In this document: one piece after another, positions 61,731-64,000 of the stretch
Layout: the number at the start of each line of letters is the position of its first letter
Numbering within the stretch: position 1 is the first letter of the stretch
Assembly (NCBI GenBank): GCA_010093605.1
Contig: MU004194.1
Coordinates: 68,156-132,155, forward strand
Direction of reading: 5' to 3'
DNA length: 64,000 nucleotides
Source: Lophium mytilinum
Taxonomy: Eukaryota
Translations under genes and position numbers: made by a program
The notes under the pieces: model-generated
The model's database searches: none
Seen by the model: the letters and a program-made list of their open reading frames with translations, nothing else
What the model was told of the DNA's origin: nothing

Positions 61731-62303
61731 CTACTCCTCAGGCGGCATAGTCTCAAACGTCGTCGCAACCTCCTTCTCCCACGACATCTTCGCCTTCCCA
61801 AAGATCTCAGCAGCAACGCCGTTGTTCCTGAGCTTAGGCAGCAGCACGGTACGGAGGATGTACTTGTCACCGAGGATAGTCTGGTGATGGTAGACGTGGG
61901 TAGTGCAGTTAGGGCAGTAGTAGCAGTGCACCGGCTTGCCTATCAAACAAACACGTGTTAGAGCTGGTTTAACAGGGCGAGCGAAAAAGCGGGATGCGAG
62001 GCATAAGATGCATGACTTACCAGACTCGCCGTAGTAGGTGTATGCCTTCAGCGCATCACCGCCTTTCCCGAGCTTGAGAGCGGAAGCGGGAATAATTTGG
62101 TTCATAGTGAACGCGCCGCCGGAGAGGTATTTGCATGTGTCGCAATGGCTAGGGAGTCACACTCAGCCTGTGTTCTCGTCTTCAGAAGATTTACTGGAAG
62201 CCGTGGGAGGCGCGTACCAAAGAACATGCTCGGTCTGGTCCTTCTCCAATTTGGCAGTCCACTCCGTCTGGCCGCAAAGGCAGCTTCCTTCATAAGTCGT
62301 CAT
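61731..62303 (-). CDS. GFA / CENP-V (Mss4-like) zinc-binding protein, 3 exons
   Basis: Spliced MTTYEGSCLCG...HVL|CHCDTCKYLSGG...ESG|KPVHCYYCPNCTT gives the CxC, CHCxxC and CxxC pattern. Confidence 0.92.
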
Positions 62304-63697
62304 ACTGTCAAGTCTCGAAATTCAAAAGCTGTGAAATGTTCAATTGATCTTTCAGTACTTTCGAAGTGCATAGAGGGTGTTAGAGCAACTTAAATACCTC
62401 CACCACCCCGCATTCCTTTATCTTGACCCATCCTTCTAACAAAGCTCTAAACCACCGTTCTGAGCTAGGAACTAACTCACCCCGCTTGGCCTCAACAACA
62501 CCCAATGATATTGGACTTTAAAGTTAAACTAACCACTCCTCCGCCCTCTTACATCACGCCCTACTCATCATCGCGCGGCGAGATCCGCCCTACCGGGATG
62601 ACGACATATGTTTTACAGTAGAGCTAGACCCACACTCATATAGAACTTTATATCCAGTAAAGCATGCAAGGCTAGATTGGGCTCCGCGGAAGGAGCGTGG
62701 TTTGGCCTCGGCGGTGATTAGCGCAAAACGTCGATGATGGCTCCGTGGAGATGGATATTGCACCAATTGGGTGCGATCTGCGGATACCTATTCCTTTCGA
62801 AAGTAAGGTATTTGAAATATCACGTCTGAGGGAGCTGGATCTGGGCTGTCAAGGGATAGTAGGTAGTCGGTCACGGCTCTTCGTGCGCGGCTCCGATCCT
62901 TGCGGGACGGCGTGTAAAGTGGCATGTAGCTAGCTTCCAGATAAGCAAGTAGATTCTTGTATTTGGAATAGGGAATGTATAAGACAACTGCTGGGTTTAG
63001 TGGGATGTGGGGCTTTGGGTACAGCTTGCTGATTCGTGTAGCATGCATCCTTGCTCTAGACATCAGATTAGGGCTCCAGTCCGCTAAGCTTGAATGGAAG
63101 CATCGTTCTACTAGGATTCTACAACCTTGTTCTGCTTGATAAGAGAGTTACCAATGAAGCCCCTAAATGCGAGAGCTTGTTAATAAGCAAGAAGGAACAA
63201 CAGTCTCTGTTACAAAGGTAGTCTCTAGAGTCTTAGAAAAACTTGACTCGCCACTTCAGACAAGAATTTCACAGCTAACTACACATGATGCAGTGATTTT
63301 ACACAAATTAGTCACTGGCACGAGGAGCAAGTTCTTGTTGTTGAATCTTTATTATTGAAGTATTCTTCAGGTGATTTGAGTCGCTACGTTACTTAGGAGA
63401 GTCAAGTGAATGATCCCCGTAGAGTGCGCAGTATTAGACATTCCCAGCGATCAGCTAGAAAGCGTCAATGTGCACACTATACGCCACGCAGCATGTAGAG
63501 ACACAGAGGTCCGATTAATCATCCACTGCTCATGCACCCCCATTCAATACACACGTAAGTTAATTCTCCACTGCATCGAAGTCTCAGCTAGAAACATACC
63601 CTCAAACTGGAACTCATGCCATTGTCCAAGTGACCTCATCGACATGTGTATGAGTGGACGCCCCGTCGTGATCGCATGTTTGAACTGGAAAAGCTGC

Positions 63698-64000
63698 CTA
63701 GTCATCATCATCTACAACACCTCGGTCTCGCATCTCCAGATTCTGCTTGACCTTGGTAGACGCACGAACAGTTCGGCCGCGCGAGGTAACTTGCTGATCC
63801 GCAGTACCGGAATTCGGGCTGACTTTGGGAGTGGCTGAGGCCTTGGAGCCTGCGACAGAAGAGCGAGTCCTGGTACTAGCCGCGGCTTTGGAGGCAGCTG
63901 GAGCAGGTGGAGTAGCTGGAACCTCAGCACCGAAGGCAGAAGAGCGAGTTCTCTTATTGGAGGTGGTTTTGGGAGCGACGAAAGCGGCGAAAGCAGTGGG
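63698..64000 (-). CDS. 3' end of a basic, low-complexity protein truncated by the window edge
   Basis: Open frame ...KTTSNKRTRSSAFGAEVPATPPAPAASKAAASTRTRSS...TSRGRTVRASTKVKQNLEMRDRGVVDDD*. Confidence 0.4.
   Translation of the reverse strand, partial: PTAFAAFVAPKTTSNKRTRSSAFGAEVPATPPAPAASKAAASTRTRSSVAGSKASATPKVSPNSGTADQQVTSRGRTVRASTKVKQNLEMRDRGVVDDDD

Overview
Intron-containing genomic DNA from a filamentous ascomycete (Pezizomycotina; a Dothideomycete is my inference from the style of the G-gamma, DUF4360, PTH11-like and F-box-like proteins). Conserved or family-assignable genes, left to right: GNAT acetyltransferase; CorA-like membrane protein (apparent frameshift near the 3' end); Fig1-family membrane protein; Tri12-like MFS transporter; eIF3a; G-protein gamma subunit (absent from the ORF track); PalcA/NUC-1 bHLH phosphate regulator; cupin; PTH11-like membrane protein; F-box-like protein; amino-acid permease; kinesin-8; DUF4360 secreted protein (in-frame TAA); MsrA; GFA/Mss4-like protein. 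A lineage-specific-looking island at about 18.4-32.5 kb holds decayed coding relics, an AT-rich RIP-like patch and intronless orphan genes. Two adjacent orphans share an unassigned HxLxC[GK]H...C..NC...CxxC putative zinc-binding module (4 copies in total). Other points of interest: an orphan with three internal Trp-rich repeats, a large protein with a PARP-zinc-finger-like motif, a multi-PPxY tail-anchored protein, and recurrent sharp C/A-rich to G/T-rich strand-skew switches near gene 3' ends. No rRNA, tRNA, CRISPR array or intact transposon was seen. All assignments come from motif recognition by eye; no searches were run.
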